From Acidobacteriaceae bacterium (GTDB lineage Bacteria; Acidobacteriota; Terriglobia; Terriglobales; Acidobacteriaceae), in contig DASWCA010000016.1 of the NCBI GenBank assembly GCA_036390355.1, positions 1-52,864 on the forward strand: a DNA stretch of 52,864 nucleotides, written 5' to 3'. How positions within the stretch are numbered: position 1 is the first letter of the stretch; each line of letters opens with the position of its first letter. The notes beneath the pieces are model-generated. The model searched no databases. It was not told the DNA's origin and worked only from the letters and a program-made list of their open reading frames with translations. Shown piece after piece: positions 1-10,900 of this stretch. The position numbers and the translations under genes were made by a program.

Positions 1-1
1 C

Positions 2-1231
2 GCTGCGATCGCGGGCACTTTTGCGGATCAGCCGGGAATTCCGTTGGTGGAGGTTGCGACGCAGTGCCAGTCGGGCGAAACCGTGGCCACGCTGACCCAG
101 CGGCGATTCACGGTAGATTACCCGCATGCGGAGGCACTGACCTGGCAAATTCCCGTCACTCTGGGTGAGATCGGCGCAACGCCGAGCGAGGCAAAGACGG
201 TGGTGCTGGGCAAATCTCCGGAGACTTTGCGCTTCCCGGGTTGTGGCAAAGCAATCAAGGCGAACCTCGGAGACAACGGTTACTACCATGTGCAGTATGA
301 CGAGGCGGACAGAAAGAGACTTGCCTCGAGCTATGCGGAACTGGCTCCGGCGGACCGGGTAAATTTGCTGACGGATCAATGGTCGCTGGCCCGATCGGGC
401 GACTCGAACATCGGCACCTATCTTGATCTGACGCGGCAGCTATCCAATGAGACTGAGCTTGTTGTCTGGACCGACGTGCTGGACGTGCTTCGCCAGATTG
501 ATGCGCTCGAAAGAGGATCGCCAGGCCAGGACGCCTTCCGCACGTATGCGCGAACGCTGCTGCAACCGCTGATGCTCAGGATAGGTTGGGATGCTCGTAC
601 CGGCGAGGAGGCTGGGACCGCGACTCTGCGCGGACGGATTATCTCGGCACTGGGTGAGTTCGACGATCCCAATGTGACGGCTGAAGCCAGGCGGCGGTTT
701 CTGGCGTTGCGGAAAAAGTCCGTACCTCTGTCTCCCCAACTGCGCGGGATCGTACTCGAGGTCGTCGGACGGCATGCGGATGCGGAAACATACGATCAAC
801 TGCACACGCTCGCAAAGACGGCCGCTACGCCGGAAGAGAGGAGAGACTTTTACTGGGCAATGGCATCTGCCCAGGCCCCGGCGCTGATTGATCGGACGGT
901 GGAGATTGCTACGACAGATGAGGGAACCAATGGGCAGTTTCCGATGGTGCTGGTGACGGCGGCGCAGCGGAGTGATGTGGATCGTCTATGGCACGACGTG
1001 CAGCAGAATCGGGAGAAACTTTTAGGGGGCAAGATTTCGGGTGGCTTGCTGGAAGCGATCGCAGAGCACTCTTTCAACCCTGATGTGGCACGCAGCCTCG
1101 CTGCTGATCCTGCGCTCGCCGCGCGGACGAGCCCGCCGGGTGCGGTGAGACAGATTGAAGTCACCGCGAAATGGAGGCCAACTGTCTTGGCGGGCGTCGC
1201 TGAGTGGCTTGATAAGCAAAAAGGCACCTGA
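2..1231 (+). CDS. M1 family aminopeptidase, C-terminal part (ERAP1-like C-terminal domain); 5' end outside the window
   Basis: Frame is open from base 2 (AAIAGTFADQPGIPLV). Q-P-G-x-P, WQIPV, GYYHVQYD and DRVNLLTDQ segments are typical of the M1/pepN C-terminal half. Confidence 0.8.
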   Translation, partial: AAIAGTFADQPGIPLVEVATQCQSGETVATLTQRRFTVDYPHAEALTWQIPVTLGEIGATPSEAKTVVLGKSPETLRFPGCGKAIKANLGDNGYYHVQYDEADRKRLASSYAELAPADRVNLLTDQWSLARSGDSNIGTYLDLTRQLSNETELVVWTDVLDVLRQIDALERGSPGQDAFRTYARTLLQPLMLRIGWDARTGEEAGTATLRGRIISALGEFDDPNVTAEARRRFLALRKKSVPLSPQLRGIVLEVVGRHADAETYDQLHTLAKTAATPEERRDFYWAMASAQAPALIDRTVEIATTDEGTNGQFPMVLVTAAQRSDVDRLWHDVQQNREKLLGGKISGGLLEAIAEHSFNPDVARSLAADPALAARTSPPGAVRQIEVTAKWRPTVLAGVAEWLDKQKGT

Positions 1232-1498
1232 GAATAGGTGCCTGCGAAGAGACTGTGACCACGCTCGACGATGATCGGTCGCGTCGATTGATGCAAAATC
1301 GCCGAGTATCAATTTGAACAGGATTGGGCTCGAAACGCGCTACGGCCTGTTACCGACAGTTGAGATCCCGGCCTCCGGCTCATTACTGAACACTGGCCGA
1401 CTTGAACGAAGCCGCTGGTGCGGCGGACGCTTGCGCGTGTGGCTGATCCGGCATTTGAGGCTGCCGGGATAGTTTGGGACGCAGAGGAGGAACTCTCT

Positions 1499-2383
1499 GT
1501 GAACCAACTACGTCAGCTCATGCTTGAGGAGTTGCATCGCCGCAACTTCGCCGACACAACATCCGCACCTACCTGCACGGCGTGACGCATTTCAGCCAGT
1601 ACTTTCGCCGTTCGCCGGATCAGCTTGGCCCTGAACACATTCGCAAGTATCAGGCGATGCTGTTCACCAAGATGAAGTTCAGTCCCAACACCGTCATCCT
1701 ACGGCTACCGGCTCTGCGGTTCTTCTACATTCACGTGTTGAAGCGGGGCTGGAGCGTCGCCGAAACGCCCTATCCGAAGAAGGTGCGTCACCTTCCCGGC
1801 GTACTCAGTCAGGAGGAAGTCACGCGACTGATCGACGCCGCGGATACACCCTTTCATCGCATCCTGCTGATGACGATGTATGCCACCGGCGCACGCCGCG
1901 CAGAAGCGGCTCATCTGAAGGTTAGCGACATCGACAGCCAACGGATGGTTGTCCATATCCGGGAGGGCAAGGGCGGCAGGGACCGCGATGTCATGCTCAG
2001 CCCGAAGCTGCTCGATGAACTTCGCATCTACTGGCGCGGGCTGCGGCGCAAGCCGAAGGAGTGGCTGTTCCCCGGCAACCGCTGGCACACATCCAGCCAG
2101 CCTGTGACTACGAAGGTTCTATGGAGTGCCTGCCAGATTGCTGCTGAACGAGCCGGCCTCGATAGCAAGCGGATTCATCCGCACACCTTGCGACATTGTT
2201 TCGCCACACACCTGCTCGAAGCCGGAGCCGACCTACGCACCATTCAGATACTGCTCGGCCATCGTGACCTCGAGGTCACGACCGTCTATCTGCATCTCTC
2301 GCAACGGCATCTCAGCGCAACCGCCAGCCCGCTCGATGCCCTCACGTTCTCTTTTACAAGGAGGAAACAAGCACAGCTCATGA
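1499..2383 (+). pseudogene. XerD-like tyrosine recombinase, frameshifted
   Basis: GAGGAGG RBS then GTG at 1499 (MNQLRQLMLEELHRRNFADTT). The frame shifts near 1560 into IRTYLHGV, the frame of ORF 1582-2430. Catalytic motifs R (ARRAE), GKGGRDR, HTLRH, LGH and Y are present. A second apparent shift near the 3' end lets it read into the transposase start. Confidence 0.75.
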
Positions 2384-3096
2384 GCCGGCCTCTCATAGAG
2401 ATGGCCGACATCGTCCGCTGTGCTGGATAGTCTTTCCTTGAACATAGTCGCAGGTGGATCAACTGGCAGCACCAGAAGGTGCTGCTGGCTATCGCGCGCT
2501 GCCGCACCGCCGCGCTGGGCGGACATCGCGATCGCTGCACCGGCTGCGGACATACGACCACCATCTCCTACAACTCGTGCCGAAACAGGCACTGCCCGCG
2601 CTGCCAGGGCAACGCGCGCCGGCGCTGGCTCCAGGCGCGCGAGCGGGAACTGCTGCCCACCCGCTACGTCCATGCCGTGTTCACTCTGCCGCGGGAGTTA
2701 GCCCCGCTCGCATTGCAGAACAAACGGGTCATCTACAACCTGCTCTTTCACTCGAGCGCTGAGACTTTACTCGAAGTCGCCCGCGAGCCGCGACACCTCG
2801 GTGCCGAGATCGGCTTCTTCAGCGTGCTCCATAGCTGGATCCAGCGATTGCAGTTTCACCCTCATATCCACTGCGTAATTGCCGCCGGCGGTCTCGCTCC
2901 GGATCACGCAAGCTGGATCTCCGCCCGGCACTCCTTCTTCCTGCCCATCGGCGTGCTCAGCCGCGTCTTCCGCGGCAAGTTCGTCGCCGGGCTGCGCAAC
3001 GCCTTCGAGCGAGGTGAACTCCAGTTCCACGGCAGCTTGCTGCCTCTGGCCCAGCCGCGCGCCTTCGCTGCATGGCTGCGAGTGCTGTTCCGCCAC
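2380..3096 (+). pseudogene. IS91-family (IS1294-like) transposase, premature stop and 3'-truncated
   Basis: MSRPLIEMADIVR, then an in-frame TAG at 2428-2430, then CRTAALGG..C..C..SCRNRHCPRC zinc domain and HPHIH HUH motif. Similarity stops at LFRH (about 3096), before the catalytic tyrosines. Confidence 0.8.
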
Positions 3097-3382
3097 GGCG
3101 GGCAGCGGATCGGGTAGCATCGGCATCTGTCCTTCTATGGTCCTCGGCCCCTTTGGCAAAGATGGAACCCGCGACGCCGTAAGCGGCGAAACCTGGATCT
3201 CTATGGTGGAGTTCACCACTCCGCTGAAAGCTGAAGGTCTGATGTCCTACGGCAACTCCACTCAGCCGGGCACCAGGCATCGCTCCGATCAGGTGGCGCT
3301 CCTCGGTGAACGTAAGTCGCGAACCCTGTGGATGACGCGTCTGCAGGTCGAAAAGCACATCGAAGAGAAGACTCCATACTGA
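3097..3382 (+). pseudogene. C-terminal remnant of a penicillin/cephalosporin (glutaryl-7-ACA) acylase family Ntn hydrolase
   Basis: [36 protein letters not shown]...QVEKHIEEKTPY* closely resembles the recalled GL-7-ACA acylase beta-chain end ([29 protein letters not shown]). No start codon or N-terminus. Confidence 0.75.
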
Positions 3383-3509
3383 GCAGCAGTGACGTGTGGC
3401 TCCGGCAATGAAATGCTCCATCAACCGAACCTGCTTCGACCAGGACAACCGGCTCTTGCGAAATCCAGACGCCATACCAGCATCCTGTCTGATTATCTGG
3501 TACAGCCCC
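3380..3509 (-). mobile_element. IS1595-family (IS1016-like) left end with a transposase N-terminal fragment
   Basis: The minus strand begins GGGGCTGTACCAGATAATC (IS1016-type IR). ATG at 3475 gives MASGFRKSRLSWSKQVRLMEHFIAGAT, resembling IS1016 MRKSRLS..KQ.KLIE.FVAG.T. Confidence 0.6.
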
Positions 3510-3625
3510 TTTAGTCCGCCCGGCATCGCAGTAACCTGTGCTAGACTGTGCCCACAACCGTTACATATTTCTTTGCCCGGGACCGCACTGCGTCGTTCCC
3601 GTGCGCCCTTCGAGGTGATCTGCCT

Positions 3626-5779
3626 GTGAAGACGCTGCACTGCTGTTCTCTGGCTCTTAGTGTCCTGGCAGGTTCGGTGATTGCGCCAGCGCAGTCCGGT
3701 GCCGGCGGTGTTGCGGCATCCACTTATGATCCGCGGGTGACGTTCGCACCGCTCGTGTTGCCAGATCCGGTGAATGCGTACCGGTCGGGGTCGGGTGCTC
3801 CGGGGCCGCAGTACTGGCAGAACGAGGCCGACTACGTGATGCGCGCGGGCCTGGATGCGGAGAAGAAGGTGCTGACGAACGACGAGGTCATCACCTATAC
3901 GAACAACTCTCCGGATACTCTGACGAGCTTGTGGATTCACCTCGAGCAGAACGAGTACCGCAAGGACTCGCGTCAGCATACGTTGGGAACCGCGCCGGGA
4001 GGGTTCGGCGGGCGCGGAGGTGGTGGTGCTCCTGCGGGTTCTGCTGCCGTGGGCAACAATGCTGCGGGTGCAGCTGGCGGCGCTCGCAGGGGCCGTGGCG
4101 CGAGTGCTGGTGCAGGTACAGGCGCGAATGCTGCGAGCGGCGGCGCTCCGCGGTCGCGGACGGAGAACTACACCGAAGGGTTTGAGTTGGACTCGGTTAC
4201 GATGCAGGCGGGAGCGGTTGGAGCGACGTCTGCGGTAAAGGCGGAGTACATCGTCAGCGATACGCGGATGCAGGTTCCGCTGACGACGCCGCTGAAGCCG
4301 CATACCACGATGCGGATTCACATCAAGTACCACTACACGATTCCGGGCACCTGGGGTGGTCGCACGTCGTGGGGCGCAACCGAGAGCGGCGCGGAGATCT
4401 ACGATATCGCCCAGTGGTACCCGCGCATGTGCGTCTATGACGACCTGCGCGGCTGGGACACGCTGCCCTATATCGGCTCGGAGTTTTATCTCGAGTACGG
4501 CCACTTCGATTACTACGTGACGGTGCCCGCGGGCTTCATCGTCGCAGGCACTGGCGAGTTGGTGAATCCGAAAGAGGTGCTGACCCCGACGCAGATTTCG
4601 CGGATCGAGCAGGCGCGCGGTAGCGACAAGACAGTCTACATCCGCACGCTGACCGAGGCGCAGCAAGCGCCGGTACATCCGCCCGCTTCCGACACCAAAA
4701 CCTGGCACTATCACATGGGCCACACGCGCGACGTCGTGTGGAGCGCTTCGCCAGCCTTCATCTGGGATGCGGCGCGGATCAACCTGCCCTCGGGCAAGAA
4801 AGCCCTGGCCGAGAGCGTTTATCCGCCAGAGAGCGTCGGGCCGGACCACTGGGACCGCTCGACCGAGATCACCAAATTCGCGATTGAATACTTCTCTAAG
4901 CGCTGGTACGAGTTCCCATGGCCAGTGGCCTTCAGCATCGGCGGCTTTTCGAGCGGCATGGAGTACCCGGGCGCGGTCTTCGACGGCGTCAATTCCAAGA
5001 TGCCGGGCTTCTTCGGGTTGACGGTACATGAGTTCGGCCATAGTTGGTTCCCCATGCTGGTGGGTTCCAACGAACGCCGCAACGCCTTCATGGACGAGGG
5101 CTTCAACACTTTCATCGACATTGCCGTCTCGGATGTCTTCGAGAACGGCAAGTTCGGTCCGAAGCGCGACGGCGAGTATTCGGCCGGAGGCGAGCCCCCG
5201 GATACGATTCTGAAGGTGCTCGACAACCCGGAGGCTCCGGTGCCGCTGAGCCGCGCCGATGCGTATAGTGGCGCGTTGACACATCCGGTCAGCTACTTCA
5301 AGGGAGCTTACGGCAACACGCTGCTGCGCGACCAGATCCTCGGCCCTGAGCGCTTCGATGAGGCCTTCCGCAAATACACCCGCGAGTGGGCGTTCAAGCA
5401 CCCAAGCCCTTCGGACTTCTTCCGCACGATGGAGAGCGAGGGCGGCGAAGATCTGAGCTACTTCTGGCGCGGCTGGTACATGAACAACTGGACGCTCGAC
5501 TTGGCGGTGGAGGGGGCGAGCTATGTGGGCGGCGATGCGAAGAACGGGCTGACGGTTACGGTTGTAAACAAGAGACCGCTGGTGCTTCCGGCTACGCTCG
5601 AGGTGACGTACTCGGACGGGTCGAAGGAGCGAATGCGAATCCCGGCGGAGGCGTGGCTCTCCAAGGGGACGGCAAACTTCACCTTCCAGACGGGCAAGAC
5701 GGCGGTAGCGGCGACGGTCGATCCGGACCATGTGCTGCCGGATGACGACCGCGCGAATAACACGTTCCGAATGCCGTAA
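3626..5779 (+). CDS. Secreted M1-family (gluzincin) metallopeptidase
   Basis: Signal peptide, YWQNEADY, AQWYPRM, SGMEYP, HEFGHSWF...DEGFNTF zinc motif and YFKG. GTG start at 3626 chosen from the upstream GAGGT. Confidence 0.9.
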   Translation: MKTLHCCSLALSVLAGSVIAPAQSGAGGVAASTYDPRVTFAPLVLPDPVNAYRSGSGAPGPQYWQNEADYVMRAGLDAEKKVLTNDEVITYTNNSPDTLTSLWIHLEQNEYRKDSRQHTLGTAPGGFGGRGGGGAPAGSAAVGNNAAGAAGGARRGRGASAGAGTGANAASGGAPRSRTENYTEGFELDSVTMQAGAVGATSAVKAEYIVSDTRMQVPLTTPLKPHTTMRIHIKYHYTIPGTWGGRTSWGATESGAEIYDIAQWYPRMCVYDDLRGWDTLPYIGSEFYLEYGHFDYYVTVPAGFIVAGTGELVNPKEVLTPTQISRIEQARGSDKTVYIRTLTEAQQAPVHPPASDTKTWHYHMGHTRDVVWSASPAFIWDAARINLPSGKKALAESVYPPESVGPDHWDRSTEITKFAIEYFSKRWYEFPWPVAFSIGGFSSGMEYPGAVFDGVNSKMPGFFGLTVHEFGHSWFPMLVGSNERRNAFMDEGFNTFIDIAVSDVFENGKFGPKRDGEYSAGGEPPDTILKVLDNPEAPVPLSRADAYSGALTHPVSYFKGAYGNTLLRDQILGPERFDEAFRKYTREWAFKHPSPSDFFRTMESEGGEDLSYFWRGWYMNNWTLDLAVEGASYVGGDAKNGLTVTVVNKRPLVLPATLEVTYSDGSKERMRIPAEAWLSKGTANFTFQTGKTAVAATVDPDHVLPDDDRANNTFRMP

Positions 5780-5867
5780 GAGGCCCGGAGTGCGGCTGGT
5801 TCTATCCCGAGCGTGCTTTGGTCTTGAAGTATTTCGGTATTTGGGTTCTCTCAACTTGATTTCCTCC

Positions 5868-7559
5868 ATGAAAGCGAGACTCTCCATGCATCTGCTCCGC
5901 TTCAAACAGGCTGCCACGATGGTCACGACTCTTCTGCTCCTAACGGCGGCATCCGCGCAAGAATTGGGTGGCGACAAGGTTGATCCGGACGTTCTGAACC
6001 AGATCAAGACGGAGGCTTATCATCACTCGCAAGTGATGGAAAACCTCTACTACATGTCCGAGGTGTATGGTCCACGCGTCACCAACAGCCTCAATCATCG
6101 CGCGGCTGCTGAGTGGGCCATGCAACAGATGAAGGCCTGGGGACTGAAGAACGTCCACCTGGAACAGTGGCCATTCGGGTATGGGTGGCAGATCAAGAAG
6201 TTCTACGCCGCGATGGAAACTCCGGCTTATGCTGCGCTGATCGGTTTTCCGCTGGCATGGACGCCGGGGACGGATGGTCAGATCTCGGCAGACGCGATGT
6301 GGGCGCCAATCCACTCGAAAGAAGATTTTGCCAAGTACAAAGGCAAGCTGAAGGGCAAGATTGTGTTGATGTTCGATCCGGCTCCGCTGACGCTGCATAC
6401 GCGCGCGGACGCGGCGCCTTCCCCGACGGATGAGGAGATTCTGGCGCGCGCAAACGCACCGCGCGGTGAAGGCGGCCGTGGTCGCGGCGCTGGCGCGCCC
6501 GAATCCGCTGCTGCTGGATCCCCCGTGGCCAATCGCGACCCCAGCGGTCGCGGCAGGCCGGGAGAGGGAACATGGGAGTTCACCCCGACGTCGCTTGCCT
6601 TGTCGGGGAATCAGGCCCTGCGCAACGAGCTCAACGCCTTCCTGAAGGAAGAAGCTCCGGCCGTCGTTCTCACGCCTGGTTACAACGGCGACGGAGGCAC
6701 TATCTTCTCGACGTACGGCGGGTCGCAGAATCCTAACGATCCGGTTCCGCCTCCGATGGTGGCCATCACGCCCGAGCAGTACAACCGCATCGTACGTTTG
6801 CTGCAGCACGGGACCATACCGAAACTGACCTTCGATGTTGCTGTGGACTACCAGAAGGACCCGATGGCGGTTAACGTGATCGGTGAGATTCCCGGGACGA
6901 CCAAGCCGGATGAAGTGGTGATGCTGGGCGGCCACTTCGATAGCTGGCAGGGCGGCACCGGCGCAACCGACAATGGCACCGGCTCATCGGTCGCGATGGA
7001 GGCTCTGCGCATCCTGGCGACGCTGCACAAGCCAATGGCGCGCACCGTCCGTGTTGCCCTGTGGGGCGGCGAAGAGGAAGGTCTTTACGGTTCTATCGCC
7101 TATGTGCAGCGGCACTTTGCTCCGCGCGATACGATGAAGAAGACTCCGGAGTACGACAAGCTGGATGTGTACTTCAACGACGACGGTGGCTCGGGAAGAT
7201 TCCGCGGAGTATCGGCAGGAGGCAATCCGCAGACGGCCGCGCTCTTCAAGTCCTGGATTGAGCCGATTAAAGACCAGCACATTGTTTCTGTTTCGGGCGC
7301 GGAGTTTCGACCCACGGCAGAACCCGGAGGCACGGACTCGACCAGCTTCTCGTGGATCGGCCTGAACGGCATCGGCTTCCAGCAGGACGGGCTGGAGTAC
7401 GGTACGCGCACTCACCACTCCAATGCGGACTTGTACGATCGGGTGCAGAAGGACGATGTGATGCAGGGCGCGATGATCGAAGCATGGTTCGCCTACAACG
7501 CAGCGACCCGTCCGGAGATGCTGCCTCGCATCCCAACCCCGGAGCCGCTGAAAAAATAA
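5868..7559 (+). CDS. Secreted M28-family peptidase (carboxypeptidase Q-like, PA domain)
   Basis: GGHFDSW, GATDNGTG, WGGEEEGLYGS, GGTD and HHSNAD motifs plus a signal peptide. Start could be 5868 or 5886. Confidence 0.9.
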   Translation: MKARLSMHLLRFKQAATMVTTLLLLTAASAQELGGDKVDPDVLNQIKTEAYHHSQVMENLYYMSEVYGPRVTNSLNHRAAAEWAMQQMKAWGLKNVHLEQWPFGYGWQIKKFYAAMETPAYAALIGFPLAWTPGTDGQISADAMWAPIHSKEDFAKYKGKLKGKIVLMFDPAPLTLHTRADAAPSPTDEEILARANAPRGEGGRGRGAGAPESAAAGSPVANRDPSGRGRPGEGTWEFTPTSLALSGNQALRNELNAFLKEEAPAVVLTPGYNGDGGTIFSTYGGSQNPNDPVPPPMVAITPEQYNRIVRLLQHGTIPKLTFDVAVDYQKDPMAVNVIGEIPGTTKPDEVVMLGGHFDSWQGGTGATDNGTGSSVAMEALRILATLHKPMARTVRVALWGGEEEGLYGSIAYVQRHFAPRDTMKKTPEYDKLDVYFNDDGGSGRFRGVSAGGNPQTAALFKSWIEPIKDQHIVSVSGAEFRPTAEPGGTDSTSFSWIGLNGIGFQQDGLEYGTRTHHSNADLYDRVQKDDVMQGAMIEAWFAYNAATRPEMLPRIPTPEPLKK

Positions 7560-7577
7560 ACAAAGGAACGGGTACGG

Positions 7578-7610
7578 CCAAGGGTGGACCTAAAGAAGTC
7601 CCACCCTTGG
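7578..7610 (+). terminator. Stem-loop after the M28 peptidase
   Basis: CCAAGGGTGG...CCACCCTTGG 10-bp perfect stem. No strong U-tract. Confidence 0.4.
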
Positions 7611-7917
7611 TCATTGCACCTGCTGCCTGTGCATGATGGTAGAAAGAGCTTGCTGAGGCATTTGTAACGAGAAGGAAACTTTTTTGTTGTCATTTACTGC
7701 CAAACCTGTTTATCTATAAGTGTCCACGACCTATACATACCAGTTATTCAAGCCAGGTCCCTGCTTGCGGGGCCCGGCTGTACCCATAACGGTTGTTCGT
7801 TCTAGACCAAACTTGGAAAACCAGCTTTTCTCTAGTTGCAGCTCCCGCTGTAACTCAAGCATTCGCCTACATCAGGCGAGCGCATCGCCAGCTATCCCCA
7901 ACCAAGGAGTAAATCGT

Positions 7918-10900
7918 ATGCGTATAGCCCACCGGGTCAGAAGCATAGCAACATCTCTGTTTTTATTGGTTGCGCTGCCACTTGCTGCCCAGACGTATCT
8001 TGGCGGTATTGGCGGAACTGTAGTTGACTCACAAGGCGGAGCGATTCCCAATGCCAAAATAGTATTGACGAACACAAATACGGGTGCTGTTCGCGAAACG
8101 AATACAACTTCTGCCGGGGGCTATGTATTTCAGGACCTGCAGATCGGGAAGTACTCTCTAACGATTACTATGCCTGGCTTCGATAAAGCGGTACTGAACG
8201 AGATCGCTGCTAACCCCGGTGCGGTTACTCCGGTTAATGCCAAGTTGTCTGTCTCGGGAGTAGAACAGGTTATCAATGTATCAGCCGACACGAACTCCGA
8301 AATTCAGACCCAGTCTTCTGCAAACAATACTGTGATCGGCCACGTGTCCGAGATTCCCCTGAACGGGCGCAGCTTCACGCAGCTCCTCCAGCAGGCGCCA
8401 GGCATGAACGCCTCGGGCTCCCTCAATGGGGCCCGCAGCAACCAGATCAACTACCAGATCGATGGCGCGGACAATAACGACATCTGGCAGGGCTCGACCG
8501 CAGCCAACCAAGGCGGTGTTGGCCCTATCGCCGGCGTGACCCTTCCCATCGAGGCTATCGATCAGTTCTCTGTCCAGTCCTCGGGCAATGCGGAGGAGGG
8601 GCATAGCGCTGGCGGTCTCGTCTCGCTGGGCCTTAAGTCAGGTACGAACAGCTTTCACGGATCGGCCTACATGTATCTTCGCAGCGAGTTCTTCGCGGCG
8701 CGCGACTTCTTCGCTGTAAGTACCGCCCGTAAACAGAAGGTCCGCAACCAGCAATTCGGCGGATCGCTTGGCGGCCCCCTTCTCAAAGACAAGCTGTTCT
8801 TCTACTTCAACTACGAGCGCCAGGCATATGGCATCCAGCTCTCCAGTTCGGCAGACACAGAACCTGGGGCGGCCTACGTGACGCAGGCCACGCAGCTATT
8901 ACAGCGTCACGGCATTACCTCGGTGAATCCACTCTCGACAACGCTGCTATCGGCGTTGTGGCCGGGCGGCAACCAGGCTGGCCTAGTCGCAAACACCAGC
9001 AACTATATCGAAACCCACCAACGGCATGGTTACAGCGACAACTTTGTAGGCAACCTCAACTACACAATCTCGCCCAAGCAGACCGTGCGCCTGCAGGCCT
9101 TCGTCGGGACTGGCCGCCAAGCGGAGCCCGGAGGTCCCACATACCCGTACTTCCAGGTTGCTCCGGACATCACGCAGAGCTTTGCGCTGACGCACAACTG
9201 GGCAGCTACCGACCACCTTTCCAACCAGTTGCTGGTGGCCGTCGGCGTCTTCAACCAGACATTCAATGACCTGAACCATAGCTTCAATATGCCTGCTCTG
9301 GGGCTGAACACCGGCGTCACCACCCCGGCGCTCTTCGGCGCTCCGACCATCAGCCTCACCGGCTTTGACGGCACAGGTGCGACTCAGCCGCTCGGCCGTA
9401 AGGACTACACCGGCCATATTACGGACTCCGCAACCTGGGTATACGGCAAGCACCAGATCCGCTTCGGTGGCGAGTTCCGCCGGAGCTACATCGACCTGCA
9501 GTACCAGGCCGGTGTTCGCGGAACCTTCGGCTTCACCGGATACACGTCTGGGCTTATCGCGTTGCCAGCCGGTGCAAGTCAGTGGTCGGAGTCGAATAGC
9601 AAAGCACAGGTTTGCGGAACGACATCTCCGCTGCCGGCGGTTTGTGGTGGAGTCAATGACGCTAGCTTTATAACCACCCATTCAGAAGTCCTTGCGCTTG
9701 CGGATCTTCTCGTCGGCGACTACAACTCTGCCTCGTTTGTTCAAGGCAATCTGCGCCGCGATCTTTACCGGACCGATACGGACTTCTTTATTCAGGACCA
9801 GTACCACGTACTGCCAAGGCTGGTGCTTAACTACGGCGTAAGGCATGACTTCTTCGGAGCCCTTTCCACGACTGGCGCTCTGTCTGAATTTCGTCCCGGC
9901 GCCGCAGGAGCGAATGCAAACGGCCTCGTTCTCGTCGGCACCCCTGGAGCGCCAAGGACTTACATTCCAGGAAAGCTGCACTTCTCTCCACGTGTAGGAT
10001 TCAACTACAACCCTGTGGACAAACTTTCTATACGTGGCAGCTATGGTCTCTACTTCGATTCGGCGCCATTCAATGGCTTCGGCAATAACAGCAGCATTGG
10101 GGCCGGAACAACCGCAACCGGATTGCAGGCTAACCCGGTTGGCGGCGTCTCGAACGTGTCGCTTGGTGTAGGCCAGTGGCAGACGAACCAGTACGTCTGG
10201 TCGAACGCATCGACGCCCTCTACCTATGGATTGTTCTCCGTAGACCCAAGCTTGCACACTGCTTACTCTAATGAATACAACCTGGCTACCGAGTTTCAAC
10301 TCACGAAAAAGACTGTGGTTACGTTGGAGTATGCCGGCTCCACGGGTGTCCACCTCTATATTCTGCGTGATATCAATCAGGCTGCCCCCTGGACCGCGTC
10401 AGCTCCTCAGAACCCGGCTATTCCTGCAACAAACTGTGCTGCGGTAGCGAATGCAACAAATGTTAACTGCCTCTTGGCCCGGCGGCCCTATTATGCTGCT
10501 TATCCAAAAGTCGGCGCGGTCGTCCAGGTATCGAGCAACGCCGCTTCTAACTACAACTCGCTGCAGGCCACGATAAAGACCAACGGGTACCACGGACTGA
10601 GCGGTCAGTTTTCCTGGACTTACGCGCACTCCCTCGATGATGGGTCGGGCTTCCGCAATACCGGACCTGCGGATTCCACCAATCTGAGGCTCGACTACGG
10701 AAACGCCACATTTGATATCCGTCATACGGTTAACGCATATGTTGTCTGGGAAGCGCCGCAATTCGGTCACGTATTGCCCACCCTAACCAAGGGCTGGCAA
10801 GTGTCTGTCGCTGGCGGGTTACATACCTCATCCCCCTTCTCCATCACGATCGGAGATAACACTGGTATCGGTATGAACAAGGACCGTGTCAACTGGTCTG

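Larger units (their letters stand above)
1499..3096 (+). mobile_element. Degenerate two-gene element: tyrosine recombinase plus IS91/IS1294-like HUH transposase
   Basis: Integrase and zinc-finger/HUH transposase are adjacent, with an ATGA-type overlap at 2380-2383. Both are disrupted. Element ends were not identified. Confidence 0.75.

Noticed and set aside
2957-6007. 1016-aa minus-strand ORF
   Set aside because: Antisense shadow of the GC-rich M1 gene: Arg-rich with no motifs. Only the short IS1016-like stretch near 3380-3475 looks real.
7720-7917. Extended N-terminus of the first TonB receptor (similar extensions at 3548, 5730, 11520, 16616, 24807, 39832 and 49626)
   Set aside because: RBS and signal-peptide positions favour downstream starts.
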